A DNA stretch of 64,000 nt from an uncultured Bacteroidales bacterium (GTDB lineage: Bacteria > Bacteroidota > Bacteroidia > Bacteroidales > WCHB1-69): contig ONHS01000001.1 in the NCBI GenBank assembly GCA_900317715.1, forward strand, positions 18,316-82,315, in the 5' to 3' direction. This document shows, piece after piece, positions 33,475 through 41,727 of this stretch. The first letter of the stretch is position 1. Every line of letters begins with the position of its first letter. The position numbers were made by a program, and so were the translations under genes. Under the pieces are notes generated by a model. The model did not search any database. It saw nothing but the letters and a program-made list of their open reading frames with translations, and was not told the origin of the DNA.

Positions 33475-33558
33475 GTTCATCGATTATTCATCGTCTTTCA
33501 TCCTCTTTCATCGCCTTTCGTCGCCTTTCATCGCCTTTCCTCGTATTTCATCGTATTT
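33475..33558 (+). repeat. decamer tandem repeat R9b (ctttcatcgc x ~8)
   Basis: 10-nt period: ctttcatcct ctttcatcgc ctttcgtcgc ctttcatcgc ctttcctcgt atttcatcgt. Confidence 0.85.
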
Positions 33559-33622
33559 TTAACAAATAATAGTTAAAATTAAAAATATTTTAATCAATAT
33601 GTTATTGTATTGAAAATTTTTC

Positions 33623-33630
33623 TATTTTTG
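33623..33630 (+). promoter_or_regulatory. -7 box TATTTTTG upstream of comM
   Basis: Matches TAnnTTTG, 26 nt before ATG 33656. Confidence 0.55.
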
Positions 33631-33655
33631 CCGCGAAGACAAAAACAGAAATAAC

Positions 33656-35200
33656 ATGTTGATAAGAACGAATAATTGTGCATTGATGGGGGTGGCCGCT
33701 ATACCCATCACAGTGGAAGTCAATGTGGACAACGGCATTGGTTTCTTTTTGGTCGGGTTGCCCGACAGTGCGGTGAAGGAGAGTCAGCAACGCATAGACA
33801 CGGCCTTGCATATTTATGGATACAAGATACCGGGGCGGAAAATCGTGGTGAACATGGCGCCGGCAGATATTCGCAAAGAGGGCTCTGCGTATGACTTGAC
33901 GTTGGCCATCGGCATTTTGGCCGCGTCGGAGCAGATTGCCGGTGCGGATATGCTGGAAGACTACTATATTATGGGTGAGTTGTCGCTAGATGGCTCGCTG
34001 CAACCCGTGCGCGGCGCGTTGCCTATTGCGTTGGAGGCGCGGCGGCACAAGAAAAAAGGGTTGATTTTGCCGATTCAGAACGCTCGGGAGGCTGCCATCG
34101 TGCAGGGAATAGATATTCTCGGAGCAACTGATATCAAGCAAGTTATTGACTTTTTTGATAAGAAAATACCGATTGAACCTACGCGCATAGACGTGGCCAA
34201 CGCCTTCCGCGACAGTCTGGATCATTACGAATATGATTTTGCAGACGTGAAGGGTCAGGAGAACATCAAGCGGGCGATGGAGATTGCGGCCGCAGGTTCC
34301 CATAACGTGATTTTGATCGGTCCCCCTGGCTCAGGTAAGACCATGTTAGCCAAGCGGTTGCCGTCGATTTTGCCGCCATTGTGCTTGGAGGAAGCCTTGG
34401 AAACGACCAAGATTCATTCCGTGGCGGGTAAGATGAGCCGTTATGCATCCATTATCTCCACCCGGCCGTTCCGAGCCCCTCATCATACGATTAGCGATGT
34501 TGCGCTCGTGGGTGGCGGCACGCATCCGCAGCCTGGGGAAATCTCACTCGCGCATAATGGGGTGCTCTTTTTGGATGAGTTGCCGGAATTTAAGCGTCAG
34601 GTGTTGGAGGTGATGCGTCAGCCGTTGGAAGAACGGCGCGTAACCATCTCGCGATCAAAGTATTCCGTGGAGTTTCCAGCCTCTTTCATGTTCATCGCGG
34701 CGATGAATCCTTGTCCGTGCGGCAACTACAACCACCCGACCATCCGCTGTACCTGTAAACCCAACGAGGTGCAGAATTACTTGAGTAAGATCTCGGGCCC
34801 TTTAATGGACAGGATCGATCTGCATGTAGAGGTCGTGCCGGTCAGTCACGAGGAATTGGCCTCCAACAAGCCCACGGAGCGCAGTGCCGACATCCGCAAA
34901 CGGGTGGTGGCGGCGCGCGAAATCCAGAAACAGCGGTTCGAAGGATGTACGGGGTTGTTCGCGAATGCGCAGATGAGCAGCCGGATGGTGCGCGAATATT
35001 GCCAGATAGACGCGACGGGGCAGATGCTGCTGAAGCAGGCGATGGACCGTCTCGGACTCTCCGCCCGCGCTTACGACCGCATCCTGAAGGTGGCCCGCAC
35101 CATCGCCGACCTCGACGGCAGCCCGAACATCGAAATCGGGCATTTGAGCGAGGCGATTAATTTCCGGAATCTGGATAGGGATAATTGGGGAAGGAGATAG
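33656..35200 (+). CDS. comM: YifB/ComM-family Mg-chelatase-like AAA+ ATPase, 514 aa
   Basis: N-terminal Lon-protease-like domain, Walker A GPPGSGKT, LFLDELPEF Walker B and a C-terminal ChlI-like region. Confidence 0.9.
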   Translation: MLIRTNNCALMGVAAIPITVEVNVDNGIGFFLVGLPDSAVKESQQRIDTALHIYGYKIPGRKIVVNMAPADIRKEGSAYDLTLAIGILAASEQIAGADMLEDYYIMGELSLDGSLQPVRGALPIALEARRHKKKGLILPIQNAREAAIVQGIDILGATDIKQVIDFFDKKIPIEPTRIDVANAFRDSLDHYEYDFADVKGQENIKRAMEIAAAGSHNVILIGPPGSGKTMLAKRLPSILPPLCLEEALETTKIHSVAGKMSRYASIISTRPFRAPHHTISDVALVGGGTHPQPGEISLAHNGVLFLDELPEFKRQVLEVMRQPLEERRVTISRSKYSVEFPASFMFIAAMNPCPCGNYNHPTIRCTCKPNEVQNYLSKISGPLMDRIDLHVEVVPVSHEELASNKPTERSADIRKRVVAAREIQKQRFEGCTGLFANAQMSSRMVREYCQIDATGQMLLKQAMDRLGLSARAYDRILKVARTIADLDGSPNIEIGHLSEAINFRNLDRDNWGRR

Positions 35201-35279
35201 TAATTCATAATTCATAATTCATAATTCATAATGCATAATGCATAATTACAATTCATAATTATTATTCACAATTCATAAT
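35201..35279 (+). repeat. heptamer STR block R10a (family F: ttcataa / tgcataa)
   Basis: taattcataattcataattcataattcataatgcataatgcataattacaattcataattattattcacaattcataatt. Confidence 0.9.
35216..35247. repeat. left arm of 32-nt inverted repeat flanking the four-helix-bundle gene
   Basis: aattcataattcataatgcataatgcataatt matches the reverse complement of 35652-35683 at 31 of 32 positions. Confidence 0.9.
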
Positions 35280-35290
35280 TAGGTAAAGGG

Positions 35291-35653
35291 ATGAAAGACA
35301 TTAAAGATAATATAATCGTAGTGAAGAGTACTGAGTTCGCAGTAGAGATTGTAAAAGCATGTAATTGGTTGCGAAAAGAAAAAAAAGAATGGGTGATGTC
35401 TGAGCAATTGTTGAAAAGTGGTACTAGCATTGGGGCTAACATTCGTGAGGGAATCAGGGGACAGAGCAGTGCTGATTTTTATGCTAAATTCAATGTTTCA
35501 CTCAAAGAAGCAAGTGAAACAGATTATTGGTTAGAACTATTATTTTTGAGTGGATATTTTGATAAAACTCTGTATGATGATCTGAATTTAAAATGCCAAG
35601 AATTAATACGATTGTTGATGTCCATAGTAAAACACAAAGATACCCCCAAATAA
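35291..35653 (+). CDS. four-helix-bundle protein (23S rRNA intervening-sequence protein / Avd-like family), 120 aa
   Basis: Length and motifs (SGTSIGANI.EG, F..K...SLKEA.ET.YWLELL) are typical of the TIGR02436-type family. Confidence 0.75.
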   Translation: MKDIKDNIIVVKSTEFAVEIVKACNWLRKEKKEWVMSEQLLKSGTSIGANIREGIRGQSSADFYAKFNVSLKEASETDYWLELLFLSGYFDKTLYDDLNLKCQELIRLLMSIVKHKDTPK

Positions 35654-35683
35654 TTATGCATTATGCATTATGAATTGTGAATT
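35652..35683. repeat. right arm of the 32-nt inverted repeat (family F in inverted orientation)
   Basis: aattatgcattatgcattatgaattgtgaatt overlaps the TAA stop of the four-helix-bundle gene. Confidence 0.9.
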
Positions 35684-35692
35684 AATTTTCAG

Positions 35693-35700
35693 TATTTTTG
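35693..35700 (+). promoter_or_regulatory. -7 box TATTTTTG upstream of murG
   Basis: Matches TAnnTTTG, 21 nt before ATG 35721. Confidence 0.55.
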
Positions 35701-35720
35701 CGGCGCAAAACCAAACCATT

Positions 35721-36827
35721 ATGGAAAAGAGATATATCATCAGCGGCGGCGGTACTGGCGGGCACATTTTCCCCGCGTTGGCCATCGCTAACAAGATCAA
35801 AGCAGAAAACCCTGATGCCAAGATTCTCTTCATCGGGGCAAGCGATAAAATGGAAATGCGGCGCGTGCCGGAAGCTGGCTATCCTATTGAAGGACTGGAG
35901 ATTTACGGCATCCATCGCGACTTTTCACCTAGTGGCATTATGTGCAATTTGCGTCTGCCGGTGGTGATGATGAAGGCCATGAGTAAGGCCAAGAAAATCA
36001 TGCGCGAGTTCAAGCCCAATCTCGCCATCGGGGTTGGCGGATTCGCCAGCGGTCCCGCGCTAAAAGCTGCATCGCAACTCGGAATCCCGACACTTTTGCA
36101 GGAACAAAACTCCTACCCTGGGGTTACCAACAAGATGCTGGCCAAGAAAGCCAAGACCATCTGCGTGGCCTACGACGGTCTCGACCGCTTCTTCCCGCCC
36201 GAAAAAATCATCAAAACGGGCAACCCCATCCGCAAGGAAATCCTGCAGTTGGAGCGCAAATCGCCTGCCGCATACGAATATTTCAACTTTTCACCCGACA
36301 AGAAAACCGTGTTGGTGGTAGGCGGAAGTCTAGGTGCCCGCACCTTCAACCAGACCATGGCCGCCAACTTGGACGCTTTCCGTAAAGCAGACCTTCAACT
36401 GCTTTGGCAAACGGGCGAGCAATTCTACAAGAACATCGATCCTGAACTGCTTAAACAGCAGGACGAGCACATCCATATCGTGCCGTTTATCAAGAACATG
36501 AACGATGCCTACAGCATGGCTGATGTCATCATATCCCGTGCGGGTGCATTGGCGTTGGCTGAATTGACCATCGTGGGCGCACCTACCATCCTCGTGCCGT
36601 TCCCCTACGCCGCCGAAGACCACCAGACCTTCAACGCCAAGGCTCTCTCCACAAAAGATGCCGCCCTGCTCATTTCCGACAAGGAAGCCCCGGAGAAGCT
36701 GATACCCACGCTGTTACAACTTGTCAATGACCCGCACCGAATGGAAACCCTTGGCACGAACATCAAGACCTTCGCCCTGCCGAATGCGATTGATTTGATT
36801 TATGATGAGATTGTGAAGTTGGCGTGA
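35721..36827 (+). CDS. murG: UDP-N-acetylglucosamine--N-acetylmuramyl-(pentapeptide) pyrophosphoryl-undecaprenol GlcNAc transferase MurG, 368 aa
   Basis: GGGTGGHIFPALAIA N-terminal signature and GT28 C-terminal domain (GGSLGA, RAGA). Start moved to ATG 35721, because the track's N-terminal extension reads through the inverted F repeat. Confidence 0.9.
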   Translation: MEKRYIISGGGTGGHIFPALAIANKIKAENPDAKILFIGASDKMEMRRVPEAGYPIEGLEIYGIHRDFSPSGIMCNLRLPVVMMKAMSKAKKIMREFKPNLAIGVGGFASGPALKAASQLGIPTLLQEQNSYPGVTNKMLAKKAKTICVAYDGLDRFFPPEKIIKTGNPIRKEILQLERKSPAAYEYFNFSPDKKTVLVVGGSLGARTFNQTMAANLDAFRKADLQLLWQTGEQFYKNIDPELLKQQDEHIHIVPFIKNMNDAYSMADVIISRAGALALAELTIVGAPTILVPFPYAAEDHQTFNAKALSTKDAALLISDKEAPEKLIPTLLQLVNDPHRMETLGTNIKTFALPNAIDLIYDEIVKLA

Positions 36828-37030
36828 TGTGTGACGTGTGATGTGTGACGTGTGACGTGTGACGTGTGACGTGTGACGTGTGACGTGTGACGTGTGACGT
36901 GTGATAGTTGCTATAATCAAAAGTCATAAATCATAAATCAAAAGTCAAACGTCATAAGTCAAACTTCAAAAGTCAAACGTCATAAGTCAAACTTCATAAG
37001 TCAAACGTCAAAAAATAAACCTTAACCCCC
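36825..37030 (+). repeat. heptamer STR block R11 (A: tgtgacg x ~11 at 36825-36905; aagtcaa/acgtcat/acttcaa units at 36918-37010; short C)
   Basis: Starts with the murG stop TGA and ends 6 nt before ATG 37037. Confidence 0.9.
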
Positions 37031-37036
37031 AAAAAA

Positions 37037-37528
37037 ATGAACGGAGACCCGAAATTATACAAACTTCTTGACGAACTGCATATTCCATACGAATATCTGG
37101 AGCATCCGCCGGCACCGACCATTGAGATTGCCAAACAGTACTGGGCGGGGCACGATGCCAAGCATTGCAAGAACCTCTTTTTCCGCAATCACAAGGGCAA
37201 CCAGCACTATCTGGTCTGCCTTGATTGCGACCAAGACATGAACATCCACGATATCGAGAAACAGTTGCATCAGGGCAAGCTGAGCTTTGCCTCCGAGAAG
37301 CGGCTGATGAAGTATTTGGGTGTAATGCCTGGTTCTGTGACACCGTTCGGACTCATCAATGACACGGATCATCACGTGCATCTTTTCTTGGACAAGCAGT
37401 TGCATAATGCCGATCGTGTGAGCTTCCACCCGTGCGAAAACACCGCCTCGCTCATCGTGAAGCGCGAGGATTTCGAACGATTCTTGCAATATATGGGCAA
37501 TCCGTACGAATGGATAGACCTGTATTAA
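37037..37528 (+). CDS. YbaK/ProX-like aminoacyl-tRNA deacylase domain protein, 163 aa
   Basis: YLGVMPGSVTPFGLIND and overall length are typical of prolyl-tRNA-synthetase-associated editing domains. Confidence 0.75.
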   Translation: MNGDPKLYKLLDELHIPYEYLEHPPAPTIEIAKQYWAGHDAKHCKNLFFRNHKGNQHYLVCLDCDQDMNIHDIEKQLHQGKLSFASEKRLMKYLGVMPGSVTPFGLINDTDHHVHLFLDKQLHNADRVSFHPCENTASLIVKREDFERFLQYMGNPYEWIDLY

Positions 37529-37554
37529 TCGGAAGTTTTTTTATCTGTTTTTAT

Positions 37555-38187
37555 TTAGCGAGACGAGGCTGCCGTCTCAGAGCCATCGTTGGTTGCGGGA
37601 ATTGCATGATAACATCCGTGGCGCTTGCTGCCGACGTATTTGACGAGCTTGCGCTTGCGGAGCTCGGAAAGGCAACGCTCGACCGTGCACAGCGAAATCT
37701 CGGTCTGGGCGACGATATCCGTGGTGTTGCAGCCCGGATTCGCCTGAATGCAGGAATGAACCATGTCGAGTTTCTGCTGTGGGGGAACGACGGGCTTCCG
37801 TTTGGACTTCGACCGGGGCTTGCTCTTCGGAGCTTGTTCCCTTGCTGTTTCGGCCTTGCATCGCTGAAGACCCTCGGCAACCTGGTCGGCAATCGGGCCG
37901 CTGTTTTTGGGATCCAACGTGAATGTGAGCGGTTCCTTCGTCCACGGCATCTTTTTCAGGGACACTTCGCTGCCGTTGCACGACCAGATGTACTGATACG
38001 GAATCAAAACGGTGGGCGAAATGCGGACAAAGTCTTCTTCCCCAAACAGTTGCACAAGATGTTTCATAGAGCCGAGCCGGGTAAACCAACGGTCATCCAC
38101 TGTATAGATGCGGGTGAAGTTCCCGTCCTGAACACAATAGTAGATGTCGTTTTTGGGAATCATGAGCAGGTTGCTGGTCAACGACAT
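37555..38187 (-). CDS. LytTR DNA-binding domain protein with C-terminal wHTH-like domain, 210 aa (possibly the 3' part of a frameshifted gene)
   Basis: LLMIPKNDIYYCVQDGNFTRIYT...FVRISPTVLIPYQYI is a LytTR fold signature. A basic linker is followed by DIVAQTEISLCTVERCLSELRKRKLV, an HTH-like segment. Confidence 0.65.
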   Translation of the reverse strand: MSLTSNLLMIPKNDIYYCVQDGNFTRIYTVDDRWFTRLGSMKHLVQLFGEEDFVRISPTVLIPYQYIWSCNGSEVSLKKMPWTKEPLTFTLDPKNSGPIADQVAEGLQRCKAETAREQAPKSKPRSKSKRKPVVPPQQKLDMVHSCIQANPGCNTTDIVAQTEISLCTVERCLSELRKRKLVKYVGSKRHGCYHAIPATNDGSETAASSR

Positions 38188-38653
38188 CCACCATCAGAGT
38201 GTCACGATAGACCACCTGCACTTCTGCGTCCAGAGCCTTTCGCAGTTCCTGCCGTTCGCGGAACATAAATGGGAAGAAGTTGAATGCCAAGGTACGGGCA
38301 GCTACAACTCTCCCATGATGGGTAAACATTCTGAAGGCGCCAAATTGTTCTATAACCCCCGCATTACAATATTTGATCCATTTCCAGGCGATAATCATTT
38401 CAATCAATCCTGCCACAATGGAAACGAAAACCACCACCACCCAATAGACAACCGGATGCTTTTTATGAAGCAAGGGGTAAAACAGGAAATAGTTGGCATA
38501 TACTGTGGCCAACAACAACAGTCCCACAAGCACCTCATTGGTGACACTGCCCGCCCATGGACGAAGATAGGAGTTGTTGACAAAGAAGTAGAGCAGCACG
38601 GCGCAGAACAAGACGTTCAGCAAAACGATAACGATAGTTCTTTGATGTTTCAT
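38093..38653 (-). CDS. 4-TM membrane module, 186 aa, of the type normally fused N-terminally to LytTR regulators
   Basis: MKHQRTIVIVLLNVLFCAVLLYFF... has four hydrophobic helices followed by RERQELRKALDAEVQVVYRD. It overlaps the LytTR ORF by 95 nt in another frame. Start set to ATG 38653. Confidence 0.5.
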   Translation of the reverse strand: MKHQRTIVIVLLNVLFCAVLLYFFVNNSYLRPWAGSVTNEVLVGLLLLATVYANYFLFYPLLHKKHPVVYWVVVVFVSIVAGLIEMIIAWKWIKYCNAGVIEQFGAFRMFTHHGRVVAARTLAFNFFPFMFRERQELRKALDAEVQVVYRDTLMVDVVDQQPAHDSQKRHLLLCSGRELHPHLYSG

Positions 38654-38713
38654 AATCGGACTTCTATATTTGTTTATTAATATGATTCTTGTTTTCGGGT
38701 CCATAAGTCGCGG

Positions 38714-38721
38714 CAAAGATA
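38714..38721 (-). promoter_or_regulatory. -7 box TATCTTTG for the membrane/LytTR gene
   Basis: Plus strand reads CAAAGATA, 61 nt upstream of ATG 38653. Confidence 0.5.
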
Positions 38722-38881
38722 GTGAATTAATCCAAATGAGACTCCAAATAAAGCCCCATTCCCTCACAGAAAAGCCCTCTAAACCCCTCACAACAGCACA
38801 AAAAAACCGATATAGTTATAATGTATTGAAAATCAGTATTTTACCCCCCCCGAAATAACAGCGTAAAAACAGTAATCTGGT

Positions 38882-38921
38882 CATATTTTTGCTGTGAAGG
38901 AACATATTTTTCGTGTGAGGG
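38882..38921 (+). promoter_or_regulatory. two 19-nt direct repeats phased 21 nt apart (candidate LytTR operator)
   Basis: catatttttgctgtgaagg (38882-38900) and catatttttcgtgtgaggg (38903-38921) are 16/19 identical. They end 24 nt before the -7 box. Confidence 0.35.
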
Positions 38922-38944
38922 ATAAAAAGTATGGCAGAAGATAG

Positions 38945-38952
38945 TATCTTTG
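38945..38952 (+). promoter_or_regulatory. -7 box TATCTTTG upstream of the giant-protein cluster
   Basis: Matches TAnnTTTG, 35 nt before ATG 38987. Confidence 0.55.
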
Positions 38953-38986
38953 CCGCCAAAAACTGATATAATTAAATGATTTCGTC

Positions 38987-41698
38987 ATGAAAAATTTGTT
39001 TATTATCCAATGGTTGATGTTGATTTCAATTCTGACTGTTGTGGCACAGGAGCCTACTCTTCCCTACACGGCCACTTTTTCCACGTCGGAAGGTTGGGTG
39101 CTGAACAATGGTGATGCTCAGAATTACTGGATATTAGGTACCTCTGGCAGTAACAATGCACTCCTTGTGACCAACAACGGTGCCACCCCCACCTATTCCT
39201 ACACCCGGAGTAATGTTGCTGCGGAAAAGACATTTGTGGTCGGGGATGCGGACAAGATTATTGTCTCTTTCGATCTGAAATGCGGCGGCAAGTACAACAA
39301 AGACTTTCTGAAGATGTTTTTGGCGCCTCCTTCCCAGATCTACGAGGGTGGAATCGCCTACTCGTGGGGTGTCAGTACGAATTCCCTCTATGCAGCCAAC
39401 TTCAGCGACCACTTCGACATGACCAACACGCCAAACTATCCTTACATTATCAATTTGACAGATGGCAAAACTATCCATTTGGATGTTCGGATGAACAATC
39501 CGATTGCCAATCCCGATACCAACTCAATTGCAAAACTGGTTTTTGGATGGGTTAATGACTACGGCAGCACCTACGATCACGGAATCCAGCCCGCACCTAC
39601 AATCACCAATTTGCGTTTGAAAAGAGAGACCTGTACCCCTCTTACGGGATTGTCCGTCTCCAACATCCAGAGCCATTCAGTAGAGTTGTCGTGGGATATG
39701 CCTGAGGGTGGCGCCTCTGACTATATTGTCCAATATGCTAAAGATGGCCAGAATTGGAACGATGCCTATATTACCACCGTGAACGTGCAGGACACGTCTG
39801 TGACACTGACAGGTTTGCAGTCTATAACGAAATATTGGGTAAGGGTGGCGCGCAATTGCGGTAGCGATACCAGTGTCTGGATCAAACAATCCTTCACTAC
39901 ACTTTGTGAATATATTGACACCCTTCCGTACATCTGCGACTTATCTCATGTCTCAAGCACTATGCATCCGATTCCTGTTTGTTGGGAAAGAGGCCCAGGA
40001 AGCTGCTGCGACCCTGTTATTAGCTATGGTGCTATCAATCTTTGGATTCCCAACACCATCTCGATGCCGCATTTGAACAGACAGCTCATTGATATAAATA
40101 CTGTGGAGGTCTCCTTCTCCGCCAGAAGTGAAGCGAACAATGGCACTTTGATCATTGGTGTGATGTCCGATGCCAGCGAAGACTCCACGTTTGTGGCTGT
40201 TGACACGCTAAGCCTGACTACATCATACGAGACTTATTTGGTTCCGATAAACGGTTACACTGGAGTTGGGGACAGAGTCTCTTTCAAATGTATCGACCAC
40301 AGCGACATATACGTGAAAGATGTGATTCTTGACCATACGCTTTCGTGCCCAAGGCCATACAATTTGGAATCGTCAGATCCAACGCATAACAGCATCAAAT
40401 TGAGTTGGACGGGAACAGAATCATCCTGTAACCTATACTACCGAATCAAGGGGGACAATGCATTTACGGTTGTGCCGAACGTATCGTTGAATAACAATGG
40501 CGTTTACACTTTGTCGGGACTGACCTCGGGTACAATTTACCAATGGTATGTGGCGGCACGATGCGATGACGGCACCGAAGCGGCAAGTCACGAACTCCAC
40601 GATTTTTCTACTCTTTGCGATCCAATTGTTGAGCTTCCCGCGACTTGGGACTTTGAATATTATAACAATGAGACCATGTTGCCTGTATGTTGGAAAACAT
40701 TATCCGCATCTGCTACCATTAGGACGGACGAGTCTCACAGTGGTACACACGTGCTGCGGCTGTACTACATAGATAACGGATCAAATATTGTCGTACTCCC
40801 CAAAGTGGAGGACAATCTCTATCCGATTGATAATTTGCAAATTAAGTTCTATGCCAAGAATATGGGAACTTATAGCGATTGGCATGTTCAGGTCATCGGT
40901 GGACTGATTACGAATCCAGAGAACAGTTCCACCTTTATTCCTAACGACACAATTGATGTGATTGGTGCGGCAGGCGGAAGTTTCCAGGAATATACGCTTC
41001 GCGTGGCGGATTATCATTGGGCGGATGGCTATCCCGCCATAAGGTTTGTGAGAGTTAATGGCCCAATGTGGCTTCACATTGACGACCTGACATTAGAGGT
41101 CGTTGATACCGCAATTCTCCCGGTGCGCCCATCTGTGATGACTGTTGGCGCAGACCCCATCGGACAGACAACCGCGACACTGAACGCCACCATCAACAAT
41201 CCGGACAATCTGCTTGTTTCTGCAGCGGGATTTGAATGGCGTGATATTTCGGACAGCGCGTTTACGCAGGTCGATTGTTCCGTCTCGAATGACGCTTTCA
41301 TGACCGAACTGACCAGCTTGACCGCAAACATGACTTACGCCTACAGGGCATTCATCACCTATTTTGGTATAACCGACTATAGTGAGGAAACATTCTTTGC
41401 CACTTTGCCTAATAATAATGACTCGGTCCATGTTGACGAGTATTTGCTTAGCAGCATCAAACTCTATCCCAATCCGGCAAATGAGTACGTCAATCTACAA
41501 TGTACAATGAGCGATGTACAATTGGAAAGTGTTGAGGTGATAGATGTTTACGGCAAGGTAGTCCGTACCGTTGTAGGGGCGAATAATCATTCACCCCTAC
41601 AGACCCGCATTAATGTTTCGGGATTGGCCGGTGGCATCTATTTTGTGCGCGTGACTACCGACAAGGGAATGGTGATGAAGAAATTCGTGAAGAAATAA
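38987..41698 (+). CDS. T9SS-secreted FN3-repeat surface protein, 903 aa
   Basis: Signal peptide, LPYTATF... beta-sandwich-like module, several FN3-like units (..W....G....Y.V.Y...W..), and C-terminal LYPNPANEYV...GIYFVRVTTDKGMVMKKFVKK. Confidence 0.8.
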   Translation: MKNLFIIQWLMLISILTVVAQEPTLPYTATFSTSEGWVLNNGDAQNYWILGTSGSNNALLVTNNGATPTYSYTRSNVAAEKTFVVGDADKIIVSFDLKCGGKYNKDFLKMFLAPPSQIYEGGIAYSWGVSTNSLYAANFSDHFDMTNTPNYPYIINLTDGKTIHLDVRMNNPIANPDTNSIAKLVFGWVNDYGSTYDHGIQPAPTITNLRLKRETCTPLTGLSVSNIQSHSVELSWDMPEGGASDYIVQYAKDGQNWNDAYITTVNVQDTSVTLTGLQSITKYWVRVARNCGSDTSVWIKQSFTTLCEYIDTLPYICDLSHVSSTMHPIPVCWERGPGSCCDPVISYGAINLWIPNTISMPHLNRQLIDINTVEVSFSARSEANNGTLIIGVMSDASEDSTFVAVDTLSLTTSYETYLVPINGYTGVGDRVSFKCIDHSDIYVKDVILDHTLSCPRPYNLESSDPTHNSIKLSWTGTESSCNLYYRIKGDNAFTVVPNVSLNNNGVYTLSGLTSGTIYQWYVAARCDDGTEAASHELHDFSTLCDPIVELPATWDFEYYNNETMLPVCWKTLSASATIRTDESHSGTHVLRLYYIDNGSNIVVLPKVEDNLYPIDNLQIKFYAKNMGTYSDWHVQVIGGLITNPENSSTFIPNDTIDVIGAAGGSFQEYTLRVADYHWADGYPAIRFVRVNGPMWLHIDDLTLEVVDTAILPVRPSVMTVGADPIGQTTATLNATINNPDNLLVSAAGFEWRDISDSAFTQVDCSVSNDAFMTELTSLTANMTYAYRAFITYFGITDYSEETFFATLPNNNDSVHVDEYLLSSIKLYPNPANEYVNLQCTMSDVQLESVEVIDVYGKVVRTVVGANNHSPLQTRINVSGLAGGIYFVRVTTDKGMVMKKFVKK

Positions 41699-41727
41699 CT
41701 CTGTTTATAAGTAAATAAAAATTCGCT

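Noticed and set aside
35291-35653. Diversity-generating retroelement, because the four-helix-bundle protein is Avd-like.
   Set aside because: There is no reverse transcriptase gene and no template/variable repeat pair with A-specific mismatches anywhere in the window.
36825-37030. Possible CRISPR array or CRISPR remnant, because of regular short repeats.
   Set aside because: The period is 7 nt with no unique spacers, no 24-40-nt repeat units and no cas genes in the window.
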